This document shows, one piece after another, positions 20,351 through 29,431 of a stretch of 64,000 nt of DNA. The first letter of the stretch is position 1, and each line of letters starts with the position of its first letter. Source of the stretch: a virus (Duplodnaviria; Heunggongvirae; Uroviricota; Caudoviricetes); the IMG/VR virus record IMGVR_UViG_3300045020_000158, positions 1-64,000 of that record, one strand, 5' to 3'. Below the pieces are notes generated by a model that saw only the letters and a program-made list of their open reading frames with translations, did not search any database and was not told where the DNA came from. A program made the translations under genes and the position numbers.

Positions 20351-21950
20351 AATTCATACACTGCTCGTCACTCGGATCGATCAGACTCGACTCCGTTGCC
20401 GTGAACGCCACGAATCCCAACTTAAGCGGCCCGACTTCCTTTCGGTAGCCGGCCAGCTCGACCGCTGCATGCGTCGGACCGCGCCACGTCTCGTTATCCG
20501 TAAATGCCAACACTGCGTCAGCGGGCGTCTTCGTGGTCCGTGCCCAGCGCACTGGAATCGCACAATCCGTACCACCGCCATTGTTGATAGCGGTCTTGCG
20601 CAGCACGTCATTGAGCGAGTCCTTCGCCGTGATCTTCAGATCCACCAACCCCTGGTGGAAACCGAACGTGTAGCACTGCGGCTCCGTGCGCACAACGATC
20701 ATGGCAAACGCCGCGGCGGCCTCGCAGACGCGGATATTGGAGCCGTCAACGGTGGAAGACATGCTGCCCGAAACGTCGATGCCGATGATGAACCGCTTGC
20801 CGGTGGGCGCCACATTGTGGAACGACAGGTCGAATGCCCCATCCAACGCCGCCACAATCTGCGGCACTACGGTCCAGGTGCCCGAACCCCGGAAGCCATG
20901 ACCGGCCGCGTAGGTGCGCGAAGCCAGCAATACCGCCCAGGGATGCACGCGTGCTTTGCGGATAGCCTCGCCGTCGCTCAACTGACGTTCCACATACTTC
21001 GCCGCCGTAGAAAATACGGTCATCAGGCCGCACTTGGACAGGTTGCCCAGATTGCGGATCAGCGCGGTGTATTTGAGATTCGGCAGCAACGCCTCCCAGA
21101 CCACACCGTGATTCAGGAGCTCGGTCGGCACGAACTCGCGCTCGAGGCGGTGATCCGAAATGATCTTCGCTGCATCTGCGGGGTTCAGGCCGGTCGTCCG
21201 CAGCTTCAGCCATCCATCAATGAACGGCGCAATTTCCCGCACCCCATTCCAGCCGGTCGCGATCATCTGCCGATCGGTCGTGGTCTTGCGGGTCCGCGGC
21301 AGCTGCCGCTCACCACCGGCTTCCGGTGCGCAGATAGCATCCAACACGAGCCGCGTATGGCCGTCATCGGTTGCCGGATGCGCCAGGCGCAATACATCCC
21401 GGTGCGAGATGCCGCCGCGCTGGCCGTACTTGATCGCCTGGTAAGCGATCTCGGAGGCTTTGCGCTGTGTATACCATCGCGAGATGGCCGTGCGCACGCC
21501 GCGGCCCCAGCCGCCTCCGAGGGCCTCACGGTAGGCCACGAAGGTGAACAGATGCGTACCGATGCGGCAGATCTGCGGCAATGCCGCGAAGGCTGCTTTG
21601 CGGGTCGGCTCATCGCCTTTCACGGACGCCAGTGCCAGCACGAAAATGGCCGGATCATTCTTCGGCGCCAATCCCTTGTCGGAAGTCTCGGCGGCTTCGC
21701 GCACGACGCGCGGGCCGTCGATCTTCAGCAGGTTCAGGACGACTTCAGCGTTTTCGAGAGTGAGCTGCTTTTCGGAAGCATAGTACGTTCCCTGACTCGC
21801 ACCGAGCAGCAAAAATCGCTTGAGCCGATCCCAGTCGTTGAGTTCGTAAACGTAGCCTCCGGCTGCGTTCTGGATCATGGGCTCGCGAGGGAGTGGTTGA
21901 GTCTGCGGAATATTCTGCGCAGAGAGGTGACGTGCGTAGTTCGTAGTCAT
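20298..21950 (-). CDS. rsr: Ro60-like ribonucleoprotein Rsr (TROVE domain plus vWA/MIDAS)
   Basis: N-terminal TROVE-like region (YELNDWDRLKRFLLLGASQGTYYASEKQLTLENAEVVLNLLK). C-terminal vWA with MIDAS DxSGS (FIIGIDVSGSMSS); 550 aa. Confidence 0.85.
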   Translation of the reverse strand: MTTNYARHLSAQNIPQTQPLPREPMIQNAAGGYVYELNDWDRLKRFLLLGASQGTYYASEKQLTLENAEVVLNLLKIDGPRVVREAAETSDKGLAPKNDPAIFVLALASVKGDEPTRKAAFAALPQICRIGTHLFTFVAYREALGGGWGRGVRTAISRWYTQRKASEIAYQAIKYGQRGGISHRDVLRLAHPATDDGHTRLVLDAICAPEAGGERQLPRTRKTTTDRQMIATGWNGVREIAPFIDGWLKLRTTGLNPADAAKIISDHRLEREFVPTELLNHGVVWEALLPNLKYTALIRNLGNLSKCGLMTVFSTAAKYVERQLSDGEAIRKARVHPWAVLLASRTYAAGHGFRGSGTWTVVPQIVAALDGAFDLSFHNVAPTGKRFIIGIDVSGSMSSTVDGSNIRVCEAAAAFAMIVVRTEPQCYTFGFHQGLVDLKITAKDSLNDVLRKTAINNGGGTDCAIPVRWARTTKTPADAVLAFTDNETWRGPTHAAVELAGYRKEVGPLKLGFVAFTATESSLIDPSDEQCMNFVGMDASLPQAISAFVS

Positions 21951-21999
21951 GGAAAGGACCTCGAAGTGTGTTGTTTATCGTTCTACATACAAAAATCAA

Positions 22000-22294
22000 A
22001 ATCGAGCGTGGAGAAGAAATACAATTTGCCTTTACCAATAGGCGACCGGCTTAGATAGACCGGACAAGATTCGAACTTGCAGATCGTTTGCGCGATAATG
22101 TATCCCAAGCGGCTCGAAACCCAATCCAAAATCGGTCGTGGAATGAAATCTGCTTAAACCTCCCTTTCGAGAGGTTCTCGGATTCGAACCAAGTTTAACC
22201 AGATAACAGACATCGTCGGACCGAAACTCAAAGAAGTCGTGAAAAATGACCCCGCAGCTTTGTCTCCCATAGATAACGCGGCGTCGTTCGGACC
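22000..22294 (-). ncRNA. candidate Y-RNA-like ncRNA unit 2 (partial tRNA mimic)
   Basis: Minus strand carries a T-arm CTTGG-TTCGAAT-CCGAG (+22167-22183) directly followed by the hairpin AACCTCTC-GAAA-GGGAGGTT (+22147-22166). A second T-arm GCAAG-TTCGAAT-CTTGT lies at +22063-22079. GGTCCGA motifs occur twice. The unit ends in the repeated CGATTTTGATTTTG motif. Boundaries uncertain. Confidence 0.3.
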
Positions 22295-22539
22295 TCAAGT
22301 CAAAATCAAAATCGGGCGTAAAGAATGGCCAGCGATGTCAGAATGGTAGATAACGCTGGCCGGTCGGCCCGAAGCTTTCAAATAGGCGCGGGACCCCTAT
22401 CAACTCAATCAGAACGTAGTCCAATCGTGCACGGGGTACCCGCAGTTGATGCACAATTCCCGGCCCAAAAAACTCAATGAGGCGTGAAAATGATTCAGCA
22501 GTTTTATCTTAACAGGATAATGCTAAATCTTTCGGCCCC

Positions 22540-22700
22540 CAAACCCAAAGACGAACGTGAATTGTGAAACGATATTTTAAGCTGTTGCTCTACCGCTGAG
22601 CTACCAAGTCTTGCGACCTGAACGGGAGTCGAACCCGCGACCATCGGCGATAATCGTTGCATGTCGGCTCGTCATTTTGCGAAGGTACACAGAAACTGTG
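22540..22700 (-). ncRNA. candidate YrlA-like Y RNA with permuted tRNA-like module
   Basis: Minus-strand order is: T-arm GCGGG-TTCGACT-CCCGT (+22622-22638); then a 6-bp hairpin with GNRA loop, CAGGTC-GCAA-GACTTG (+22605-22620); then the D-arm GCTC-AGCGGTA-GAGC (+22587-22601). This matches the tRNA-mimic domain described for bacterial YrlA RNAs encoded next to rsr. Ends approximate. Confidence 0.45.
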
Positions 22701-22706
22701 CGGCAG

Positions 22707-22946
22707 TCAAGCGAACCAGCGGATGTTCAGTGCTTCCAGCGTCGGCATGTCGAGCTGTCCTGGAATTACAGCATCGATCTCGCAATTCGGGCAGAGCGCA
22801 GTGCTATCGTTGTCGACCCACAATTTAACCGCATTTGCAAGACTTATGGTCATACAGAAATAACAGCTCACATGCGTCGCAGCCTGCATCGCTTCGCGAT
22901 GATTGGTCGACAGCAGATGCACGCGTTCGATTTCCATTTTATTCAT
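22707..22946 (-). CDS. hypothetical Cys-rich protein
   Basis: Start at MNKMEIE; C..C...C..C pattern (CYFCMT...CPNCE). Confidence 0.35.
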   Translation of the reverse strand: MNKMEIERVHLLSTNHREAMQAATHVSCYFCMTISLANAVKLWVDNDSTALCPNCEIDAVIPGQLDMPTLEALNIRWFA

Positions 22947-23239
22947 GACCTTCTTTCCATTCGAATTCAGCTTTCGCCCGATCCACATACCGATCGTCGC
23001 ACAATACGCGGAATGCCTGCTCAAGATAGTACTGCTTGCGTTCGGCGCCCTCGGTGGTGAGACCCAGAAGCAATTGGATAACGCATTCCTTGAGCGTATC
23101 TTTTGGCGCTATCACATGGAATTCCGATGGTTGTAAATTACGTTCGCGTACGCTATCATTTTTCGCGGCATAGTTCAACGGAGCATTCAATCGTGCGCGA
23201 GCGGGACCTGATCCACTTAGCTCAGCCAGAGGAAAGCCA

Positions 23240-23554
23240 TTGACCCGCCATGAACAAGAGTGCTGGTGCTGGTTGCGTAAGCAACTTGAGGCGGAACTCG
23301 GTATTCGGGCATTCAAGCGCCGCAGAAAACCACCGTTGTCAGCGCGAGCCCTGGAAGTCTACGCGTACATCCGCGAATGCGTCCAAGCCGGGGCAGCACC
23401 CAGCGTGCGGCAGATCTCAAAACATTTCGGCTGGAGCGCTCACAACGCCTCACAACGGCATATCACATCACTGGTGCAAGCCGGGTTGCTTGCGCGCCAG
23501 CCGGCCGAAGTGCGCAATCTGCGGCTGACTGGAGATTCTCGTGACTCAGTATGA
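23240..23554 (+). CDS. LexA-DNA-binding-domain-like winged-helix protein (no peptidase domain)
   Basis: ARALEVYAYIRECVQAGAAPSVRQISKHFGWSAHNASQRHITSLVQAGLLAR parallels the LexA N-terminal DBD ([50 protein letters not shown]). Confidence 0.5.
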   Translation: MTRHEQECWCWLRKQLEAELGIRAFKRRRKPPLSARALEVYAYIRECVQAGAAPSVRQISKHFGWSAHNASQRHITSLVQAGLLARQPAEVRNLRLTGDSRDSV

Positions 23555-23864
23555 GATGAACTGCATCCGCTGGCTCAAGCGCCAATTGCGTCTCGAGCTC
23601 GGCATCCCGTTTGACGGACCCGGTCCGAGGCCGCGCCTGAGCCGGATGCAAGCGGCGAAGATACGGGAAGTGATGGCCGCTATCCCGGTAGGCCAGCGCA
23701 CCGAGGCGACCCTACGCCTGGCGCGGGAGTTCAATGTCGGCCGCACGACGATCCAGCGCGCGGTCCGCGGACTGCGTCCCTGCTACAGGGGCGGCGTTTT
23801 TGCGCGCCGCTTTCCCGAGCTTTTGACCGGCGCCGAAAGTAAACCGAATTCGGCGTCACAATGA
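23541..23864 (+). CDS. paralogous small HTH protein
   Basis: N-terminus NCIRWLKRQLRLELGI matches the upstream gene's ECWCWLRKQLEAELGI. Contains an HTH (VGRTTIQRAVRGL). Confidence 0.45.
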   Translation: MTQYEMNCIRWLKRQLRLELGIPFDGPGPRPRLSRMQAAKIREVMAAIPVGQRTEATLRLAREFNVGRTTIQRAVRGLRPCYRGGVFARRFPELLTGAESKPNSASQ

Positions 23865-23973
23865 CGGCATTTGCAGTGCGTAGCGTCTTTGTCCAATGGC
23901 GCGTTGACCGCCGTGCAGTTCGGACAGGGCGCCCATCTGCGGCCGGTCTTTGTGACATTGACCAGAACGTTTT

Positions 23974-24273
23974 TCACGCCGATACTTTCGCGTTCAGCGT
24001 ATTCAACACATCATGCTCCGTGCGCCATACAATCAATCTCGCACCTCTGCGGAATGCCTCGGCCCGAAATGCTTTCTGCGCTTCCGTGAATTCATCCGCA
24101 TGTCCCTCGCAGTTCGGATCTTTGATTTCAATCAGTTCCCAGCGCTGACGCCAGAACAGCAGCCAGTCGCAGGGCTCATCGATGGGAATGAGCCACGCAC
24201 CGAGGCGTTCGGCGAACTTTATCAATTGGGGCTCATTCTTATCGCGCCGTTTGGCGAAACGGTTGATCGACAT
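23974..24273 (-). CDS. VRR-NUC domain nuclease
   Basis: PD-(D/E)xK-like D...ELIEIK motif and overall VRR-NUC pattern (WELIEIKDPNCEGHADEFTEAQKAFRAEAFRRGARLIVW). Confidence 0.6.
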   Translation of the reverse strand: MSINRFAKRRDKNEPQLIKFAERLGAWLIPIDEPCDWLLFWRQRWELIEIKDPNCEGHADEFTEAQKAFRAEAFRRGARLIVWRTEHDVLNTLNAKVSA

Positions 24274-24279
24274 GAAATG

Positions 24280-24657
24280 CTATTCCTTGCCCATCTTTTG
24301 CGCCATCTTGCGATACTTGCGCAGCTTCGCCGACCATTTCGCAATCGCCCGGTGTGCTTTGCGCGGCGGTAATTTCTCTGCCTCCTGCAGATGCTTCTGC
24401 GCATTCCGCAGTAACCATACCATCTGCTGAGGTGTGATCTGTTGTTGATTGGCCTTGTCGATGCGTATGAAGTCGTGCAATTTCTGCAGATCCTCGACAT
24501 GGGTCAATCCGACGCCATGCGTGGTATAGGCGTACAGGCTCTCGCGCCGCATGCCCACCAGATCCGCAATGATCTCCTGGCGCCGATGCGAGTGTTTTCG
24601 CAGGTAATCAATGACCTCATCGCGCGATGCCAGAAAATCAACAGTGCTCTCAACCAT
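24280..24657 (-). CDS. hypothetical protein
   Basis: 125-aa ORF with a basic C-terminus; function unknown. Confidence 0.3.
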   Translation of the reverse strand: MVESTVDFLASRDEVIDYLRKHSHRRQEIIADLVGMRRESLYAYTTHGVGLTHVEDLQKLHDFIRIDKANQQQITPQQMVWLLRNAQKHLQEAEKLPPRKAHRAIAKWSAKLRKYRKMAQKMGKE

Positions 24658-24766
24658 TCAGGTACCTTACCATACGTTCCAGCGCGCGCACAAATTTCAG
24701 AATGCTTGCATGCTTCGGTTTTGTGTGCGAGCATGCGAACGTTCACTAACGGAATAGGATGCAATC

Positions 24767-24955
24767 ATGCTGGTTATTTCTCGCAGAGTGCTGGAAACCC
24801 TCATTATCGGCGACGGACCTGAGCAGATTGTCGTCAAGGTACTGGGCGTCCACGGAAATCAAGTCCGCGTAGGCGTCACGGCGCCGAAGCACATCAGTGT
24901 TGATCGCGCAGAAGTCAGAGCCCGGAAGGATGCGGAAAAGGCAGCCTCGACATGA
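24767..24955 (+). CDS. csrA: carbon storage regulator CsrA homolog
   Basis: [17 protein letters not shown]...[27 protein letters not shown] aligns almost position-for-position with CsrA ([47 protein letters not shown]). Confidence 0.8.
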   Translation: MLVISRRVLETLIIGDGPEQIVVKVLGVHGNQVRVGVTAPKHISVDRAEVRARKDAEKAAST

Positions 24956-25200
24956 ATCCCGAACGTCTCCAACGCATCGCTGACCTTGTCGACAATCCCC
25001 ACTCCGAAGGCGGCTTTCAGCCGGTCTATAAGATGGCCCTGTGCGAGTCCATTCCCGAATCCGACGATTATCCCGCATGGCTCATGAAACTCATTGATCC
25101 GCGCGTGAGTGATGCGGAAATCGGAGCATTGGCGCGCGAGATGGCCTGCGCATATGTGGAGGAAGTGGCGGCGCAGCGCGGGGATGATCATGGATCTTAA
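24952..25200 (+). CDS. hypothetical protein
   Basis: 82 aa; ATGA overlap with the csrA stop. Confidence 0.35.
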   Translation: MNPERLQRIADLVDNPHSEGGFQPVYKMALCESIPESDDYPAWLMKLIDPRVSDAEIGALAREMACAYVEEVAAQRGDDHGS

Positions 25201-25296
25201 CCAAGTCCGCACCGAGGCGCGCAAGCAGCTTGAAAAAGAACGCTTCGACGAAGCCGTGCGCACCGAAGTCCAGCGCTTGAAAACCTGGAAGCCCTG

Positions 25297-25545
25297 GTGG
25301 CATATACTTTTCCCGTTCAAAATTACTATCGAGAGACGCAAATGAATGAAGTCACCGATTTGAAACCCAGCTACAAAGAAGTGGTCGCGCGAGCCAAGCG
25401 CGAAGTGCAGGAAGAAAACGTGAAGAAGGCCGTTGAGACGTTGAAAGGCAAACTCCGCGAGCGTGATCGGGCTCAAACGGTACTGGCCAATATCGATCGG
25501 GAAATCGCGGAACTTGAGCTGAAGATCGAGCAGGGTAATCTGTAA
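25297..25545 (+). CDS. hypothetical coiled-coil protein
   Basis: 82 aa, charged heptad-rich. Confidence 0.3.
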   Translation: MAYTFPVQNYYRETQMNEVTDLKPSYKEVVARAKREVQEENVKKAVETLKGKLRERDRAQTVLANIDREIAELELKIEQGNL

Positions 25546-25704
25546 TTGCGGCTCGATGGTCCAAGATTTCTGTCTCGCCCGCTTGGTGTTCACTGGGCGG
25601 GATGGGAGACTACGACCTGTCGGTTGCAGCAATGTGGCTGGGATCTGGCGGTGGAACACGTATTTGACAGGAACGAATATTGCCTACTCCTGCATCATAA
25701 GGAA

Positions 25705-26142
25705 ATGTCGCTCTATGCTTATACCGATGTCATAACGATCGAGCGTATCATGCAGGACCCGTGTCACTATCATGAACGCATGCCGGTATTTCAGGTGCGC
25801 CGCATTGCTAAAATGCTATACTCGCAATGGACAGATATGCGCTTGAATTTCTCTGCTTTCCAACAGATCGATGCGACACCGCAAATCACCGAGCATAAAA
25901 TCCAATGTGTCGAGGATTTCAACATTTTTGCACTCGCGCGAAGTAGGGCGGAAGAAGTTTTGGTGAACCGGGCCGACATGACGGTCATTGAGCATCTGGA
26001 AGCCATTAAGGCGCTGCAGGAGCCGCGGCAGCATGAGATCCGGCAACGGATGCTTCAAGAGTCCAACAATGCGTTGCCAGTTCGAGGTATTCCCAAATTG
26101 CAGCTCGTGGCACAATTGATTCATGTTGAAAGCGCGGCGTGA
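25705..26142 (+). CDS. hypothetical protein
   Basis: Start chosen at internal ATG (MSLYAYTDVI); the upstream part of the ORF looks non-coding. Confidence 0.35.
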   Translation: MSLYAYTDVITIERIMQDPCHYHERMPVFQVRRIAKMLYSQWTDMRLNFSAFQQIDATPQITEHKIQCVEDFNIFALARSRAEEVLVNRADMTVIEHLEAIKALQEPRQHEIRQRMLQESNNALPVRGIPKLQLVAQLIHVESAA

Positions 26143-26145
26143 TTT

Positions 26146-26514
26146 GTGGGCCTTCGCGTCCTGGTCTGCGGCGGCCGAAACTATAACGGCAGCGATGAAT
26201 GGAACCACGTCATCGGCGTGCTCGCTGATATCCATCGACGCGAGACGATCGTCGCCATCATCCAAGGTGGCGCGTCCGGCGCGGATCTTCTCGGACGTTG
26301 TTGGGCAGGAATGTACAATGTGAAATGTGTGACGGTCCGCGCCGATTGGCACACGCATGGCCGCGCTGCCGGCCCGATTCGGAATAAGCGCATGTTGGAC
26401 GATTTCAAGCCAGATCTGGTAGTGGCATTTCCTGGAGGTCGCGGAACTGCGGATATGATTCAGCAGGCCGAAGCTGCAGGCGTTGCAGTACGAAAATATC
26501 CCAAGCCCGACTGA
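26146..26514 (+). CDS. SLOG-family / DUF2493 protein
   Basis: VLVCGGRNYNG...IIQGGASGADLLGRCWA...VRADWHTHGRAAGPIRNKRML...AFPGGRGTADMIQQAEAAGVAV fits the DUF2493/SLOG pattern. Confidence 0.65.
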   Translation: MGLRVLVCGGRNYNGSDEWNHVIGVLADIHRRETIVAIIQGGASGADLLGRCWAGMYNVKCVTVRADWHTHGRAAGPIRNKRMLDDFKPDLVVAFPGGRGTADMIQQAEAAGVAVRKYPKPD

Positions 26515-26581
26515 AGGCACAGTTGAAGCGCTCGCTTGTTTGTGTTAGTATGCGCGAACATTAAAAACCACCGAGGCCATC

Positions 26582-26803
26582 ATGTCTGAAAAGAAACCGC
26601 GCGCCACCCGTATCTATATTGTCACCGAACGAGGCACCGAAAAGCCCGTCGCGCTGATTGAAACCATCACCGAGGCCGCAGCCCGGAAATGGCATTCGGA
26701 CAAGACGGTGAATGTGCGGCACGCATCCCAGAAGGATATGGTCGCGGCGACCAAGGAGGGAATCGAGATCGAGGCGGCGACTGCGGCCGAAGAATCGGAA
26801 TGA
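26582..26803 (+). CDS. hypothetical protein
   Basis: 73-aa ORF; plausible RBS context. Confidence 0.35.
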   Translation: MSEKKPRATRIYIVTERGTEKPVALIETITEAAARKWHSDKTVNVRHASQKDMVAATKEGIEIEAATAAEESE

Positions 26804-27034
26804 ACCCCGACGCTGACAAAGCCCTCTTGGATGCCCTTCGCGACCGCGCTTGGAAGCGCAACTCCGTAAGGCTTGAGCAGCGGCAGAATACGAAGAACGG
26901 CTTTGCTGTTCCTAACGATCAGCTCGACAGTTGGAAGCCTTATCAACTCGCCGAGGCGCAACTCAACGAAGCGTTGCTCCGATGGGAAGCGGCGGAAGGC
27001 GTGCCGGATTAATCAACAATTCAGGAAAACGAAA

Positions 27035-27982
27035 ATGTCATCACGTTATACGAAAATAGAACAACAGCCTCAGGGATACGGTGGTCCGCCAAAGAATGTT
27101 GAAGTGATCAATCCGATTGCCATCATCCGGGATGCAGTGCTCGCACTTGCATTGCTCATCTTTGTCGTTGTGATCTGGCCATTCAATTCCGTACCGACCG
27201 GCTCGCGCGGCGTTATTACGCAATTCGGGCGCATCACGGGCATCGAGAATGAAGGACTCGCAGTGTTGTGGCCATGGCAGAAGCTCACTCTATTCTCCAT
27301 CCGCGCCGAGGCTGCAACCATCGAAGATGCTAGCGGTGCCACTTCCGATACGCAGCCCGTCGATGTGAGCCTGACGGTGCGTTATTCGATCGCACCGAAC
27401 AAAGTCTCGGAAGTATTTGAAAAGTATTCTCACGATGGTGATCTTTCATCCTACGTGCAGACCGCGACACAGGAAATCTTCAAGGCCGTGACCGCCAAAT
27501 ACGTGGCCACTGATCTGATCGGCAAACGCGCCACGGTCTCGGCCGATATCAATCAGGCCCTCGCCGAAAAGCTTTCCCGTTACGGCGCCCAGGTCATCAA
27601 CATCGACATGCGCAACTTCAAATTTTCGCAATCCTACATGGCCGCGATCAACGAGAAGACGACGCAGGAACAGTTGCGACAGGCGGCCGACAACAAGCTT
27701 AAGACCGTCGAGAGTGAGCAGAAGCAGAAAGTCGCAGTGGCTGAGGCCGAAGCGAGCGCTGTCCGGGCCAGAGCCGATGGGGAAGCCTATGCGACACTGA
27801 AAAATGCCCAGGCCGACGCCGAAGCCCTCAAAGTCAAGAACGCGGCCATTGCCCAAAGTTCGCAGGTGCTGGAGCTGCAACGCATTCAGGTCGAGCAGAC
27901 CAAGGCCGAGAGATGGGATGGGAAGCTGCCGGAAGCAATCTATGCTGGAACACCGATTCCGTTCTTTCAGCAGGGGAAATAA
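27035..27982 (+). CDS. SPFH/band-7 (prohibitin/HflC-like) domain protein
   Basis: Start at ATG 27035 after gaaaac-gaaa. N-terminal TM (AVLALALLIFVVVIWPF), then an SPFH core (GSRGVITQFGRITGIENEGLAVLWPWQKLTLFSIRAEAATIEDAS...), then a C-terminal coiled coil. Confidence 0.8.
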   Translation: MSSRYTKIEQQPQGYGGPPKNVEVINPIAIIRDAVLALALLIFVVVIWPFNSVPTGSRGVITQFGRITGIENEGLAVLWPWQKLTLFSIRAEAATIEDASGATSDTQPVDVSLTVRYSIAPNKVSEVFEKYSHDGDLSSYVQTATQEIFKAVTAKYVATDLIGKRATVSADINQALAEKLSRYGAQVINIDMRNFKFSQSYMAAINEKTTQEQLRQAADNKLKTVESEQKQKVAVAEAEASAVRARADGEAYATLKNAQADAEALKVKNAAIAQSSQVLELQRIQVEQTKAERWDGKLPEAIYAGTPIPFFQQGK

Positions 27983-28546
27983 TCGTGAGATTTACTCTAA
28001 CATTGCTAATGTGTTTTAGTCTCTGTGCCTGCGGCAAAGTCGGCGTCAGCGGCACCATCAACCGCGCCTTCGGAAGTTGGGCGCAGGTCACATTGCCGCC
28101 CGGATGCACGGCCAAGCAGATCGCGGCCGACGAGCACGGCGGTGTGTCAGTGCTATGCGAAGATGGGCGCGTGTTTCATTGACATGAACAAGCGCGCTGA
28201 CCGTAAGGAAGTTCCCTTATTTTCTCTGCGAGAAGCGGCCTCGCGCGGTGTCAGCAGAATTCGGCAATCCAACTGGGCTCATCCAATGGATCACATCAAG
28301 ATTGATATCTTATCCAATGGCGACATGGGTCCATGGGCACATATCTATTCGCCGCTGAATCAAGCTATCAATGGGCGCGATCCCGTCGATATGTTATGTA
28401 TCACAAGCATGGGTATCGATCCCGATGCCAAAGGTGGATATGCCTATGCTGGGCCATTACCGGAGTCTGAGGAATACAAGGCAGAGTCGGAACGGTTTCT
28501 TGCCGAATACAAAAATATCGGGTCAAGTTGAGTAAGCCTTAACTAC

Positions 28547-29431
28547 GTGTTAGCATCCGCACGTAATTTCACCACGGATATTTTCATGAACGACAAACAA
28601 GTCCCGATTCATCAACAGGATCATACGACCCAACGCGTTGCCTCCTATCCTTCCGCCGCCTCATACAGTTTCGAGCAGATCCAACGGATGGCCGCTGCAT
28701 TTGCAAAGTCGAGACTTTTCGGCGTGCAGGATGAGAACCAGGCGTTGAGCCTCATGCTGTATGCGCAGGCCACCGGCAAGCATCCGGCGCTCATCATGCG
28801 CGATTACGATGTGATTCAGGGACGGCTGGCCAAGAAGTCCGAGGTGATGCTGCGGGACTTCCAGGCGAGTGGCGGCCGCGTCGAATGGGCCAAATACGAT
28901 GACACGGGCGTCACGGGTATCTTCACGCATCCATTGGCACCGAAACCTCTGGAGGTCGGTTGGGACATGGCAAGAGCGACTGCGGCCGGTCTCGCGGGCA
29001 AGGACGGCAGCATGTACAAAAAGTACCCGCGCGCCATGTTCCGCTCGCGGGTGATTTCCGAGGGCGTCCGGGCGACGGCGCCGGATGTGACCGAACAGAT
29101 GTATACACCCGAGGAAGTGCGGGCGATTGAAGAAGAGCAGGCCCCAATGAGGATCGATGTCGCGGTCACCGAGACCGCCAAGGAATCCCGCAACGCCCTG
29201 CCGCCGGAGGAATTCGAGGAACTGCTGAAGTCCCTGGATGCCCAATCACTCGCGGTTCTCACGACAGCCTTCGGTAGGGCTTATACGCGCGCCAAGGCGG
29301 CTGGAGATGAGATCGCGAAGAAGAAGCTGAAAGCCCGGTACGATGAGCGCAAGGACGAGATTGCGGCGGAAGCGGCCAGGGAGGCTGAGACGGAACGGAC
29401 GGCGATTGAGGGGGAGGGGGTGCAGTCGTGA
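28547..29431 (+). CDS. RecT-like single-strand annealing protein (putative)
   Basis: Central region (FEQIQRMAAAFAKSRLFG...ALSLMLYAQATGKHPALIMRDYDVIQGRLA...GKDGSMYKKYPRAMFRSRVISEGVR) resembles RecT/Redbeta (compare RecT GPWVTHWEEMAKKTAIRRLFK). Start uncertain. Confidence 0.5.
   Translation: MLASARNFTTDIFMNDKQVPIHQQDHTTQRVASYPSAASYSFEQIQRMAAAFAKSRLFGVQDENQALSLMLYAQATGKHPALIMRDYDVIQGRLAKKSEVMLRDFQASGGRVEWAKYDDTGVTGIFTHPLAPKPLEVGWDMARATAAGLAGKDGSMYKKYPRAMFRSRVISEGVRATAPDVTEQMYTPEEVRAIEEEQAPMRIDVAVTETAKESRNALPPEEFEELLKSLDAQSLAVLTTAFGRAYTRAKAAGDEIAKKKLKARYDERKDEIAAEAAREAETERTAIEGEGVQS

Noticed and set aside
20469-22058. 529-aa plus-strand ORF
   Set aside because: Antisense to rsr, whose TROVE/vWA motifs are clear. 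Low-complexity R/A/G composition.
22587-22638. Possible ordinary tRNA gene (D-arm GCTCAGCGGTAGAGC and T-arm GGGTTCGACTCCC)
   Set aside because: On the minus strand the T-arm precedes the D-arm with a GNRA-capped helix between them and no anticodon arm. This is a permuted tRNA mimic, so it is called Y-RNA-like instead of tRNA.
24859-25659. 266-aa minus-strand ORF
   Set aside because: Overlaps csrA and three coupled plus-strand genes in antisense. No motifs.
28025-28531. 168-aa plus-strand ORF overlapping the small lipoprotein-like ORF after the SPFH gene
   Set aside because: Its N-terminal half is Arg/Pro/Ser-rich and overlaps another frame. A shorter real gene (MNKRADRK...) may exist, but I could not support the boundaries.
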